Source: Actinomycetota bacterium
GTDB taxonomy: Bacteria; Actinomycetota; UBA4738; HRBIN12
Assembly: GCA_035762085.1 (NCBI GenBank)
Contig: DASTPT010000032.1
Coordinates: 1,954 to 65,953 of the forward strand
Length of the DNA: 64,000 nucleotides
Reading direction: 5' to 3'
In this document: positions 27,413 to 36,753 of the stretch, in pieces
Numbering within the stretch: the first letter of the stretch is position 1
How the letters are laid out: each line of letters begins with the position of its first letter
The notes under the pieces: generated by a model
The model's input: the letters and a program-made list of their open reading frames with translations, nothing else
Database searches by the model: none
Told to the model about the DNA's origin: nothing
Position numbers and translations under genes: made by a program

Positions 27413-28096
27413 GTGACGGTCGCGCTTGTTCCACGGGCGGAGGAGCCGGTACGGTTCCGTGTCGTGACCACCCCGGACGAGACCCACGCGAAACACGACC
27501 TGATCGTCGAGGTGGCGATGCGGCACTTCGCCGATCACGGCTACCGCGGCGCCCGCGTCGAGGACATCGCCGCCGAGGTGGGGGTCGCGAAGGGGACCGT
27601 GTTCCTGCATTTCGGCAACAAGGAGGGGCTGTTCCTCGCGGCCTACGAGCGGGCGGTCCGGGAGCTGCCGTCGTGGCTCGAGGCGCCGCCCGAGGTCGTC
27701 GACCAGGGGTTCTGGGCCGTCCTCGACTACTGGATCGAGGAGACGGAGGAGTTCCTCGAGGAGGCCTGGGTCCCGAACCGGGTCGCGATGATCGGCCGTT
27801 ACGACACGGGGCTCGGGCTCCGCCGCCCGATCGACCGGTTCATGCGAGCCGAGGACCCGTACGGCACGCTCGAGTTCGTGGAGTTCGGCGTCCGCCGTGG
27901 CGAGGTCCGCGACGACGTCGACGTCGAGATGACCGCGTCCATGCTCGACTGGGTCGCCGAGCGCTTCCAGGACGCGCTCGGCAGCGAGGAGCTCGATCCG
28001 GGTCTGGTGCACCGCAAGCCGTTCCGCGCGGACCGGCGCGAGGAGCGGATCCGGGAGTTCATCGAGGTCCTGCGCACCGGCATCGCGGCCCGCTGA
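27413..28096 (+). CDS. TetR-family transcriptional regulator
   Basis: N-terminal HTH (RHFADHGYRGARVEDIAAEVGVAKGTVFLHF). The start may be the GTG at ~27464. Confidence 0.8.
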   Translation: MTVALVPRAEEPVRFRVVTTPDETHAKHDLIVEVAMRHFADHGYRGARVEDIAAEVGVAKGTVFLHFGNKEGLFLAAYERAVRELPSWLEAPPEVVDQGFWAVLDYWIEETEEFLEEAWVPNRVAMIGRYDTGLGLRRPIDRFMRAEDPYGTLEFVEFGVRRGEVRDDVDVEMTASMLDWVAERFQDALGSEELDPGLVHRKPFRADRREERIREFIEVLRTGIAAR

Positions 28097-28156
28097 CCCG
28101 CCCACGGCCGGACGAACGACCCGGCCGCGCATACGCCGCCCTGCTACGGTCGAGCC

Positions 28157-29083
28157 GTGAACGGTCCGCTCCTACGCGGTCCCGTCCTGCGGCTCACCGA
28201 GGCCGGCTGGTTCCGGCGTCTCGTGACCGGCCCCCTCGGGCGGCCGGTGGTGGCCCGGTTCGTGGCCGGCGAGCACCTCGACGACGCGATCCGTGTGGCC
28301 AAGGCGCTCGACGGCCAGAAGATCTCGACGATCCTGGATCATCTGGGCGAGAACGTCACCGCCCCCGAGCACGCGGTGGAGGCAGTGGCGGCGTACGTCC
28401 GCGCGCTCGATCGGATCCGCGTGGAGCCGTTCCTGGACCTCACGGTCTCGGTCAAGCTCACGCAGCTCGGGCTGGACTTCTCGCACGAGCTGTGCGTGGC
28501 GAACATGGAACGCGTGCTCCATGCCGCGTCCGAGGTCGGCACGCTCGTGATGATCGACATGGAATCGAGCGCCTACGTGGACCGAACGCTCCGCGTGTTC
28601 CGCGAGCTCCGCGGCAGGCACGACCGTGTGGGCGTGGCGCTCCAGACGTGCCTGCGACGGACGGCTCGAGACGTCGATGAGCTGCCCGAGGGGTCCGTGA
28701 TCCGGATCGTGAAGGGCGCGTACCTCGAGCCGCCCGAGGTCGCGTTCACCAGCCGCCGGGAGGTGGACGTGAGCTTCGCGAACCTGACCGCGACGCTCCT
28801 CGCACGCGGTCACGTCGTGCACGTCGCGACGCACGACCCCGCGCTGCTGGACGGCACGGTCGCGTACGTGCACCGACGGAACATCCCCTGGACGCAGGTC
28901 GAGTTCCAGATGCTGTACGGGATCCGCCGCGACATGCAGAACCGACTGGCGAACGACGGCTACCCCGTCCGCGTCTACGTGCCCTACGGGACCGAGTGGT
29001 ACCCGTACCTGACTCGACGGATGGCGGAGCGCCCTGCGAACATATGGTTCTTCGCCTCGAACCTGGTCAGGTTCGGGCGCTGA
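28157..29083 (+). CDS. Proline dehydrogenase (monofunctional PutA-like PRODH)
   Basis: PRODH TIM-barrel family (…VKLTQLGLDFS…IRIVKGAY…). Confidence 0.8.
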   Translation: MNGPLLRGPVLRLTEAGWFRRLVTGPLGRPVVARFVAGEHLDDAIRVAKALDGQKISTILDHLGENVTAPEHAVEAVAAYVRALDRIRVEPFLDLTVSVKLTQLGLDFSHELCVANMERVLHAASEVGTLVMIDMESSAYVDRTLRVFRELRGRHDRVGVALQTCLRRTARDVDELPEGSVIRIVKGAYLEPPEVAFTSRREVDVSFANLTATLLARGHVVHVATHDPALLDGTVAYVHRRNIPWTQVEFQMLYGIRRDMQNRLANDGYPVRVYVPYGTEWYPYLTRRMAERPANIWFFASNLVRFGR

Positions 29084-29116
29084 CGTCGACGGCACACGGA
29101 CGGGGGGACCAGGCGG

Positions 29117-29950
29117 ATGACGGCACGCACGGTGGCGTTCCTCGGCGGGGGGCGGATGGGCGAGGCGCTCGTCTCGGGGCTGATCCGCTCCGGCGGCAGG
29201 AGCGCCGACCAGATCGTGATCACCTGCCGGCGGGACGAGCGCGCGCTGGAGCTGAAGGACCGGTACGGCGTGACGGCCACGCTCTCGAACCCGGAGGCCG
29301 TCGACTGGGCGCAGACGCTCGTGCTGACCGTGAAGCCCCAGGACATGCAGACCCTGCTCGAGCAGATCGCGGGGAGCGTCCACCCGGGGCAGACGGTCAT
29401 CAGCTTCGCGGCCGGGATCCGAACGTCCTTCGTGGAGCGGCACCTGCCCGCGGGCATCCCCGTCGTCCGCGTGATGTCGAACGTCGCCGTGCTCGTCGAC
29501 GAGGCGATGTCGGTCGTGTCGGCCGGCTCGCACGCCGACGAGGCGCACCTCGAGGTGGCCGAGGAGCTCCTACGCTACGTGGGGCGGGTCATCAGACTGA
29601 CGGAGGCCCACCAGGACGCGATCACCGCGACGAGCGGCTCCGGGCCCGCGTACTTCTTCCTGCTCGCGGAGGCGATGATCGAGGCCTGCATCCTGCTCGG
29701 CCTGTCCCGCGACGTCGCGACCGAGCTGATCATCCAGACGATGCTCGGCTCTGCGAAGATGCTCCGCGACACGGGCAGGCACCCCGTCGAGCTCCGTGAG
29801 ATGGTGACCTCGCCCGGTGGGACGACGATCGCCGCGATCCGCCACCTGGAGGAGGCCGGTGTTCGGGCCGCCTTCCTGAACGCGATCGACGCCGCTCGGC
29901 ACCGGAGCGCCGAGCTCGCGCAGGGCGGCGAGGACGAGGAACGCGAGTAG
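29117..29950 (+). CDS. proC: Pyrroline-5-carboxylate reductase
   Basis: Rossmann GGGRMG plus the ProC C-terminal dimerisation domain (…MVTSPGGTTIAAI…). Confidence 0.88.
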   Translation: MTARTVAFLGGGRMGEALVSGLIRSGGRSADQIVITCRRDERALELKDRYGVTATLSNPEAVDWAQTLVLTVKPQDMQTLLEQIAGSVHPGQTVISFAAGIRTSFVERHLPAGIPVVRVMSNVAVLVDEAMSVVSAGSHADEAHLEVAEELLRYVGRVIRLTEAHQDAITATSGSGPAYFFLLAEAMIEACILLGLSRDVATELIIQTMLGSAKMLRDTGRHPVELREMVTSPGGTTIAAIRHLEEAGVRAAFLNAIDAARHRSAELAQGGEDEERE

Positions 29951-29973
29951 CGGACGAGGGAAGGACCGACGGG

Positions 29974-30096
29974 ATGGGACGAGGAGACCGGGCGCGGGTC
30001 CGCTGGGCGCACGACCGCGAGCGGAAGAAGAAGCAGGCCGACAAGCGGAAGGCGGAGCGGCGCGCCGCGGAGCGTAAGGCTGCGGCGAAGAAGTAG
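29974..30096 (+). CDS. Small highly basic protein (40 aa), unannotated and below the 60-aa ORF-track cutoff
   Basis: ATG at 29974 preceded by GGGAAGG RBS, 24 nt after the proC stop. Sequence MGRGDRARVRWAHDRERKKKQADKRKAERRAAERKAAAKK. Confidence 0.4.
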   Translation: MGRGDRARVRWAHDRERKKKQADKRKAERRAAERKAAAKK

Positions 30097-30120
30097 CCGC
30101 CTCCGCGACGGGCGACCCCT

Positions 30121-31002
30121 TCAATGGCCGGGGCGCGACCCCGGCCTCGCCGTGTCCGGACGCCCCAGCCGGACCCGGAGCACGCCGATGCCCTCGGCCT
30201 CGACCTCGACCCGCACGCCCGGCCACAGCCGCTGGTCGAAGCGCTCGAGCTCGAACGGCCCCGACGCGAACGCCTCGCCCGCGGCGAGCCGCTCCTGCCG
30301 GGAGGCGGCCGCCACGTCCGCCAGGAGCGTCCGGGCGGTCCCATTGAGGTTGCCCTTGGCCCACTCCTTGCCATCGACCCGGACCGTCACGTACGCGGTC
30401 TGCGGGTCCAGCTCGTCGGGCGTGACCACGCTCGGACCGAGGGCGACGGGCGCCCCGCTCGACGTGGGCGCGGGATCGCCGGTGCCGACGTGCGTGAGGA
30501 AGTCCCCGACGAGCGTGTAGCCGAAGACCACGCTCGGAACGTCCTCGCGACCGAGCGGGTCGCGGACGGGGCGGCGCAGGATCGCCGCGATCTTCGGTCG
30601 GAACTCCAGCCACCCGGCGCCGGCGGGCCACGGCAGGGTCTCGTCGGGACCGGCGACGGGCCTGGCCCCCTCGTCGGCGTCCGCCGACCGGAGCGCGGTG
30701 GGCAGCAGCGGTGCCAGCAGGCGCGCGCGCTCGACCACGGCGAGGTCGGCGTCCTCGCGCTCGAGGGCGGCGCGGGCGACGTCGAAGACGGTGCCTCCGT
30801 TGCTCACGACCAGACGCTCCATCGTGGTCGGGTACGCGGGGTGCCCGATCAGGTCGGGCAGGTCCACGACCCGATCCTCGAGGAGCGCCCCCAGTCGCCG
30901 GTGCCCCCTCCGGTCGTAGGTCACGAGCCTCAAGGGAACCCGATGGTACGCCCGCCGAACCCCCGAATCTCGATATCCGCGGGTCAGTTGGCCCGGGACC
31001 AC
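30121..31002 (-). CDS. Fumarylacetoacetate hydrolase (FAH) family protein
   Basis: Loose similarity to FAH/Rv2993c-like hydratases (VFGYTLVGDF…GPSVVTPDELDP…). The real start may be the internal TTG/GTG near 30936. Confidence 0.55.
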   Translation of the reverse strand: MVPGQLTRGYRDSGVRRAYHRVPLRLVTYDRRGHRRLGALLEDRVVDLPDLIGHPAYPTTMERLVVSNGGTVFDVARAALEREDADLAVVERARLLAPLLPTALRSADADEGARPVAGPDETLPWPAGAGWLEFRPKIAAILRRPVRDPLGREDVPSVVFGYTLVGDFLTHVGTGDPAPTSSGAPVALGPSVVTPDELDPQTAYVTVRVDGKEWAKGNLNGTARTLLADVAAASRQERLAAGEAFASGPFELERFDQRLWPGVRVEVEAEGIGVLRVRLGRPDTARPGSRPGH

Positions 31003-31088
31003 CCCGGCCGTCCGACTTGGGAGGACCGCGGGGCCCCGGCTACGATGAGGGCTGGTCAGAGCGCTTGTTCGGGAAGGGGGAGGCGACC

Positions 31089-32654
31089 ATGGCAGATCAG
31101 GGCTTCCGCATCACCTACGCCACCATGTCGGCCGACAACGAGGAGTTGCACAAGCTCTACGACCAGGGCGTCGAGATCGCGACCTCGTGGCTCGGCCAGA
31201 AGCACCCGCTGTACGTGAACGGCGAGGCTCGCGAGGGCAGCGGCCACAAGGAGGCCCGCTCGCCGATCGACGGCCGGGTGATCGGCGAGTTCGCCCAGGG
31301 CACGCGCGAGGACGTCCGCGACGCGGTCGCCGCGGCCCGGGCGGCCTTCCCCGAGTGGGCCAACCGTCCGTGGCAGGAGCGGGTGGCCATCATGCGCAAG
31401 GCCGCGGACATCATGAGCGAGCAGCGCAACGAGCTCTCGGCCCTGATGGCGATGGAGGTCGGCAAGAACCGGCTGGAGGCGCTCGGCGACGTCGAGGAGT
31501 CGGCCGACCTGATCCGCTGGAACGCGAACGAGGTCGAGCGCAACGACGGCTTCAGCAAGCCGATGCAGTCGCTGGGCTCGCCGGGCGAGTACTACGACGT
31601 GCTGCGGCCGTTCGGCGTGTGGGCCGTCATCAGCCCGTTCAACTTCCCGATGGCCCTTGCCGCCGGCCCGTCGAGCGCGGCGCTCGTGGCCGGCAACTGC
31701 GTCGTCTTCAAGCCGGCACACCTCGGCGTGTTCACCGGCCTGAAGCTGTACGAGATCTACATGGCCGCCGGCGTCCCGACGGGCGTCTTCCACTACCTGT
31801 CCGGCCCCGGCAGCGTGATCGGCGACGCGATCGTGAACCACCCGGACGTCGCCGGGATCACGTTCACGGGCTCGTACGAGGTCGGGATGGGGATCTACAA
31901 GGGCTTCGCGAAGGACTTCCCGAAGCCGGTCATCTGCGAGATGGGCGGGAAGAACCCGACGATCGTCAGCGACAAGGCCGACCTGGACAAGGCGACCGAC
32001 GGCGTGATGCGCTCGGCGTTCGGGTTCGGCGGACAGAAGTGCTCGGCGAACTCGCGTGTGTACGTGCATCGCAGCGTGTACGACGGGTTCGTCCAGATGC
32101 TCAAGGAGAAGACCGAGAAGATCAAGGTCGGCAACCCGCTCGACAAGGACGTCTACCTGGGACCGGTCATCGATGAGAGCGCCCTCGAGACGTTCGAGGA
32201 GGCCGCCGCGGAGGCGAAGAAGAACGGGAGGATCGTTACGGGCGGTGAGCGCCTCACGGACGGCGAGTTCGCCCGGGGCAACTTCGTACAGCCCACGGTC
32301 GCCGAGGTGCCCGAGGACTCGTGGATCTGGAAGAAGGAGCTGTTCGTGCCGTTCGTGGTCGTGGCACCGTACGACGACCTCGACGACGCGATCGCCAAGT
32401 CGAACGCCACGGAGTATGGCCTCACGGCCGGCTTCTACAGCGAGGACCGGGCCGAGATCGACCGGTGGCTGAACTCGATCGAGGCCGGCGTGGTCTACGT
32501 GAACCGGCGCGCCGGCGCCACGACGGGGGCGTGGCCCGGCGTCCAGCCGTTCGGCGGTTGGAAGGGCTCGGGCACGACCGGCAAGGCGGGCGGGGGACCC
32601 TACTACGTCCAGCAGTACCTCCGTGAGCAGTCGAGGACGGTGATCGAGGAGTGA
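31089..32654 (+). CDS. L-glutamate gamma-semialdehyde (1-pyrroline-5-carboxylate) dehydrogenase (RocA/PruA type)
   Basis: ALDH superfamily with the P5CDH-specific N-terminus (MADQGFRITYATM...) and catalytic Cys (GQKCSA). Confidence 0.88.
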   Translation: MADQGFRITYATMSADNEELHKLYDQGVEIATSWLGQKHPLYVNGEAREGSGHKEARSPIDGRVIGEFAQGTREDVRDAVAAARAAFPEWANRPWQERVAIMRKAADIMSEQRNELSALMAMEVGKNRLEALGDVEESADLIRWNANEVERNDGFSKPMQSLGSPGEYYDVLRPFGVWAVISPFNFPMALAAGPSSAALVAGNCVVFKPAHLGVFTGLKLYEIYMAAGVPTGVFHYLSGPGSVIGDAIVNHPDVAGITFTGSYEVGMGIYKGFAKDFPKPVICEMGGKNPTIVSDKADLDKATDGVMRSAFGFGGQKCSANSRVYVHRSVYDGFVQMLKEKTEKIKVGNPLDKDVYLGPVIDESALETFEEAAAEAKKNGRIVTGGERLTDGEFARGNFVQPTVAEVPEDSWIWKKELFVPFVVVAPYDDLDDAIAKSNATEYGLTAGFYSEDRAEIDRWLNSIEAGVVYVNRRAGATTGAWPGVQPFGGWKGSGTTGKAGGGPYYVQQYLREQSRTVIEE

Positions 32655-33937
32655 GCACGCCCGCGTACGACGACCTGGCGAACGCCGCAGCACCGAACCT
32701 GGTCACCGAGGTCCCCGGCCCGAACGCCCGGGCGCGTGTCGAGCGGGACCGGAGGTTCACGAGTCCCTCGCTCCCTCGGGCCTACGAGTTCGTCCCGAGG
32801 CGGGGCGCCGGCTCGGTCGTGGAGGACGTCGACGGCAACCTGTTCCTCGACCTGAACGCCGGCATCGCCGTCACCTCGACGGGGCACGCGCACCCGAAGG
32901 TCGTGGAGGCGATCCAGCGGCAGGCCGCGGAACTGATCCACTACTCGGCGAGCGACTTCTACCTGCCGATCTACTCGGACCTGTGCGAGGTGATGGACCG
33001 GATCGCGCCGATGAGCGGCCCGTCGAGGTCCTTCCTCACGAACTCCGGGACCGAGGCCGTCGAGGGCGCCCTGAAGCTCGCGCGGTACGCGACCGGCCGG
33101 CAGTACGCGATCTCGTTCTACGGCGCGTTCCACGGGCGGTCGTACGGCGCGATCTCGCTCGGTGCGAGCAAGGCGAAGTACCGGGCCCACTTCGGGCCGG
33201 TCGTCCCGAGCGTCTACCACTCGATCTACGGCGACTTCGAGTACATCGAGAAGGTGCTCTTCAAGCACATGGTCTACCCGGACGAGGTCGCCGCGATCTT
33301 CGTCGAGCCGGTGATGGGCGAGGGCGGGTACGTCATCCCGCCCGAGGGCTGGATGCGGTACCTCCGGGAACTCTGTGACGAGCACGGGATCCTCCTCGTC
33401 GCCGACGAGGTGCAGAGCGGCATGGGCCGGACCGGCAAGATGTGGGCGATCGAGCACTTCGGCGTGGAGCCGGACATCCTGCTCTCGGGCAAGGGGATCG
33501 CGAGCGGCATGCCGCTCGGTGCGATCGTGGCGCGCGAGCACCTGATGGGCTGGGAGCTCGGGGCGCACGGGTCCACATACGGGGGCAACCCGCTGTCCTG
33601 CGCGGCCGCGCTCGCGACGATCGAGCTGATCGAGGGCGGCCTGATGGAGGATGCGGTCCAGGTCGGCAACGTCCTGCTCGAGGGCCTGCGCGGCATGCAG
33701 GAGCGGTTCCCTGAGCTCATCGTGGACGTCCGCGGGCTGGCGCTGATGATCGGCATCCAGTTCGCCGACGGCCGGCGCCGGACGGCGCTCGAGCACGCGG
33801 CGTTCAAGCGTGGGCTTCTCGCTCTCGGGTGCGGGGAGGACGTGATCCGCATGGCCCCGCCGCTCGTGTTCCGCGAGGACCAGGCCAAGACGGCGGTCGA
33901 CGTGCTCGAGGAGGCCGTGGCCGAGGTCGCGGGGTAG
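32651..33937 (+). CDS. Class-III PLP aminotransferase (GabT / ornithine aminotransferase-like)
   Basis: Class III aminotransferase motifs (…LVADEVQSGMGRTGKMWA…). ATGA-type overlap with the upstream gene. Confidence 0.85.
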   Translation: MSTPAYDDLANAAAPNLVTEVPGPNARARVERDRRFTSPSLPRAYEFVPRRGAGSVVEDVDGNLFLDLNAGIAVTSTGHAHPKVVEAIQRQAAELIHYSASDFYLPIYSDLCEVMDRIAPMSGPSRSFLTNSGTEAVEGALKLARYATGRQYAISFYGAFHGRSYGAISLGASKAKYRAHFGPVVPSVYHSIYGDFEYIEKVLFKHMVYPDEVAAIFVEPVMGEGGYVIPPEGWMRYLRELCDEHGILLVADEVQSGMGRTGKMWAIEHFGVEPDILLSGKGIASGMPLGAIVAREHLMGWELGAHGSTYGGNPLSCAAALATIELIEGGLMEDAVQVGNVLLEGLRGMQERFPELIVDVRGLALMIGIQFADGRRRTALEHAAFKRGLLALGCGEDVIRMAPPLVFREDQAKTAVDVLEEAVAEVAG

Positions 33938-33945
33938 GAGCCGCC

Positions 33946-34323
33946 GTGGCCTCGACGGTCGACGCGCTCACGTTCGACTGCGCCGACCCGCGCCGGCTCG
34001 CCGCGTTCTGGACCGAGGTCCTCGGCTACCGGATCGCCGACGTCGACGAGGACGGCGCCGAGATCGTCGACCCTGCCGGCGGGGGCTGGCGTCTGCTGTT
34101 CCTCGTCGTGCCCGAGGGCAAGGCGGTCAAGAACCGCGTGCACCTGGACCTGCGGCCGCCCGTGTCGATGGCCGCGGAGGTCGAGCGCGTGGTGGCGCTC
34201 GGCGCGACGGTGTACCGGTACGTCGAGGAGCACGGCAGCTTCTGGACGGTGATGCGCGACCCCGAGGGCAACGAGTTCTGCGTCCTGCGGGGTCCCGAGG
34301 ATGGGTGGTCGCCCGATGAGTGA
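33946..34323 (+). CDS. VOC (glyoxalase/bleomycin-resistance) family protein
   Basis: 125 aa with a VOC fold pattern. GTG start preceded by GGTAGGAG RBS. Confidence 0.65.
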   Translation: MASTVDALTFDCADPRRLAAFWTEVLGYRIADVDEDGAEIVDPAGGGWRLLFLVVPEGKAVKNRVHLDLRPPVSMAAEVERVVALGATVYRYVEEHGSFWTVMRDPEGNEFCVLRGPEDGWSPDE

Positions 34324-35236
34324 CAAGGTGACGACGATGAAGGACGCCGTCGCGGAGCTGGTCCACGACGGCGACACGGTGGCGATCGAGGGGTTCACGC
34401 ATCTGATCTGCTTCGCCGCCGGGCACGAGATCATCCGGCAGCGCAAGCGCGACCTGACGCTCGCGCGCATGACCCCGGACGTGATCTACGACCAGATGAT
34501 CGGTGCGGGGGTGGCGAGGAAGCTGATCTTCTCGTGGCTCGGCAACCCCGGGGTCGGCTCGCTCCACGCCGTCCGGCGCCGGATCGAGGACCACGACCCC
34601 GAGCCGCTCGACGTCGAGGAGTACTCGCACTTCGGCATGGTGTGCCGGTACGTGGCCGGCGCCTCGAACCTGCCGTTCTTCCCGATCCGCTCGTACTACG
34701 AGAGCGACATCCCCAGCGTGAACCCGAACATCAAGACGATGGTCTCGCCCTACGAGGACGGGACCGAGGTGGCGGTCGTGCCCCCGCTGAGGCCGGACGT
34801 CACCGTGGTGGCGTGCCAGCGCGCGACGCAGGACGGCGACGCGCAGATCTGGGGGCTCCTCGGGTGCCAGAAGGAGGCCGCGTTCGCGGCCGAGCGCGTG
34901 ATCGTCGTGTGTGAGGAGATCGTGGAGGAGGCGGTGGTCCGGCGCGACCCGAACCGAACGATCATCCCGGGGGTGGTCGTCGACGCGGTCGTCGAGCAGC
35001 CGTTCAGCTGCCACCCCTCGTTCGCGCAGGGCTACTACGACCGAGACAACGCGTTCTACCTCAAGTGGGACCAGATCGCGCGCGAGCCAGAGAGCTTCGA
35101 GGCGTGGCTGAAGGAGTGGGTCTACGACCTGGAGAGCCACGCCCACTACCTCGGGAAGATGGGCGCCGAGCACTGGGAGTCGCTGAAGCCCGAGCCCGCG
35201 ATGTCGGGCGAGGTCGACTATGGGAGGTACGCATGA
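34316..35236 (+). CDS. CoA-transferase subunit A (glutaconate/3-oxoacid CoA-transferase family)
   Basis: Subunit A motifs of family-I CoA transferases. Overlaps subunit B by ATGA. Confidence 0.8.
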   Translation: MSDKVTTMKDAVAELVHDGDTVAIEGFTHLICFAAGHEIIRQRKRDLTLARMTPDVIYDQMIGAGVARKLIFSWLGNPGVGSLHAVRRRIEDHDPEPLDVEEYSHFGMVCRYVAGASNLPFFPIRSYYESDIPSVNPNIKTMVSPYEDGTEVAVVPPLRPDVTVVACQRATQDGDAQIWGLLGCQKEAAFAAERVIVVCEEIVEEAVVRRDPNRTIIPGVVVDAVVEQPFSCHPSFAQGYYDRDNAFYLKWDQIAREPESFEAWLKEWVYDLESHAHYLGKMGAEHWESLKPEPAMSGEVDYGRYA

Positions 35237-36012
35237 GCGTCGCAGCGGACCTCGGGTACTCGAAGAACGAGATCATGATCGCGGCCTCGGCACGCGGTCT
35301 CGCCGGCGCGAAGAACTGCTTCGTCGGCGTCGGGCTGCCGAACATCGTGTGCAACCTGGCGCAGCGGACCGTGGCGCCGGAGCTTCAGCTGGTGTACGAG
35401 TCCGGCGTGTTCGGCGCCCGGCCGGAGCGCCTGCCGCTGTCGATCGGGGATCCGACCCTGGTGTCGGGCTCCACGGCCGTGACCTCGATGTTCGAGCTGT
35501 TCGCGTTCTACCTGCAGGCGGGCCTGATCGACGTGGCGTTCCTGGGCGGCGCGCAGATCGACCGGTTCGGGAACCTGAACACGACCGTGATCGGCGACTA
35601 CGCGCGGCCGAAGGTGCGGCTGCCCGGCTCCGGCGGGGCGTGCGAGATCGCGATCCACGCGAAGCGGATCCTGGTCATCATGCGACAGGCGCCGCGGTCC
35701 TTCGTCGACCGGCTCCACTTCCGGACCTCGCCCGGACACTCGGGCGATCCCGAGCACGACCGTGCACGCGGGTGGTGGGGGAGCGGTCCGACGAGCGTGG
35801 TCACCGACCTCGGCACGTACGGGTTCGACGAGGCGACCGGCGAGATGACGCTGTTCACGATGCACCCGGGCGTCACGCTCGACCAGGTCCGCGAGAGCAT
35901 GGGGTGGGACCCCAAGATCTCGCCCGACCTCGGCGTGACGCCGGCACCCTCGGTGGAGGAGCTCCGCCTGATCCGCGAGGAGCTCGACCCCGACGGCACC
36001 TACACGAAGTAG
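35233..36012 (+). CDS. CoA-transferase subunit B
   Basis: Subunit B of family-I CoA transferase (…SGGACEIA… catalytic Glu region). Translationally coupled to subunit A. Confidence 0.8.
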   Translation: MSVAADLGYSKNEIMIAASARGLAGAKNCFVGVGLPNIVCNLAQRTVAPELQLVYESGVFGARPERLPLSIGDPTLVSGSTAVTSMFELFAFYLQAGLIDVAFLGGAQIDRFGNLNTTVIGDYARPKVRLPGSGGACEIAIHAKRILVIMRQAPRSFVDRLHFRTSPGHSGDPEHDRARGWWGSGPTSVVTDLGTYGFDEATGEMTLFTMHPGVTLDQVRESMGWDPKISPDLGVTPAPSVEELRLIREELDPDGTYTK

Positions 36013-36018
36013 GCGGCG

Positions 36019-36726
36019 GTGGCCGATCGGCACATCGTCGCGATGGGGGGCGGCGGCTTCAGCGACGACGATCCGCTGCTCGATGACTTCGTCCTCGGGC
36101 TGACCGGCAAGGACCGGCCGCGCGTGGTCTTCGTCCCCACCGCGAGCGGCGACAGCGCCTCGTACGTCGAGCGGTTCTACGCGGCGTTCACCCGGCGGTC
36201 GTGCGAGCCGAGCCACCTCTCGCTGTTCCAGCTCCCGTACCCGGCGATCGGTGACATCCTCCGGTCCCACGATGTCGTGTACGTCGGGGGCGGGAGCACA
36301 GCGAACATGCTCGCGATCTGGCGCCTGCACGGCCTGGACGAGACGCTCCGTCAGGCGTGGGAGCGAGGGGTCGTTCTCGCGGGGATCAGCGCCGGCGCGC
36401 TGTGTTGGTTCGAAGCCGGCGTCACCGACTCGCTGAGTCCCGAACTGGTCCCGTGGCGCGACGGGCTCGGGCTGTTACCCGGCTCCTTCTGTCCGCACTA
36501 CGACGGGGAGCCGGACCGACGACCCGCGTACCACCGCTTCACGCGGGAGCGGCGGCTGCCCTCCGGCTTCGCCGCCGACGATCGGGTCGCCCTGCACTTC
36601 GAGGGCACGGATCTCGCCGAGGTCGTGAGCGCGCGCGAGGGCGCCGCCGCGTACCGGGTCGAGGCCTCGGGAGACGCCGTGGCCGAGACCAGGATCGAGC
36701 CGCGCCTGGTACGGCCCGCGCCGTAG
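36019..36726 (+). CDS. Peptidase E (S51 family, PepE-like dipeptidase)
   Basis: IVAMGGGGF…VYVGGGSTANML…GISAGALCWF motifs of peptidase S51. Confidence 0.75.
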   Translation: MADRHIVAMGGGGFSDDDPLLDDFVLGLTGKDRPRVVFVPTASGDSASYVERFYAAFTRRSCEPSHLSLFQLPYPAIGDILRSHDVVYVGGGSTANMLAIWRLHGLDETLRQAWERGVVLAGISAGALCWFEAGVTDSLSPELVPWRDGLGLLPGSFCPHYDGEPDRRPAYHRFTRERRLPSGFAADDRVALHFEGTDLAEVVSAREGAAAYRVEASGDAVAETRIEPRLVRPAP

Positions 36727-36753
36727 AGTGAGGACGAACGAGAGGAGCACGCG

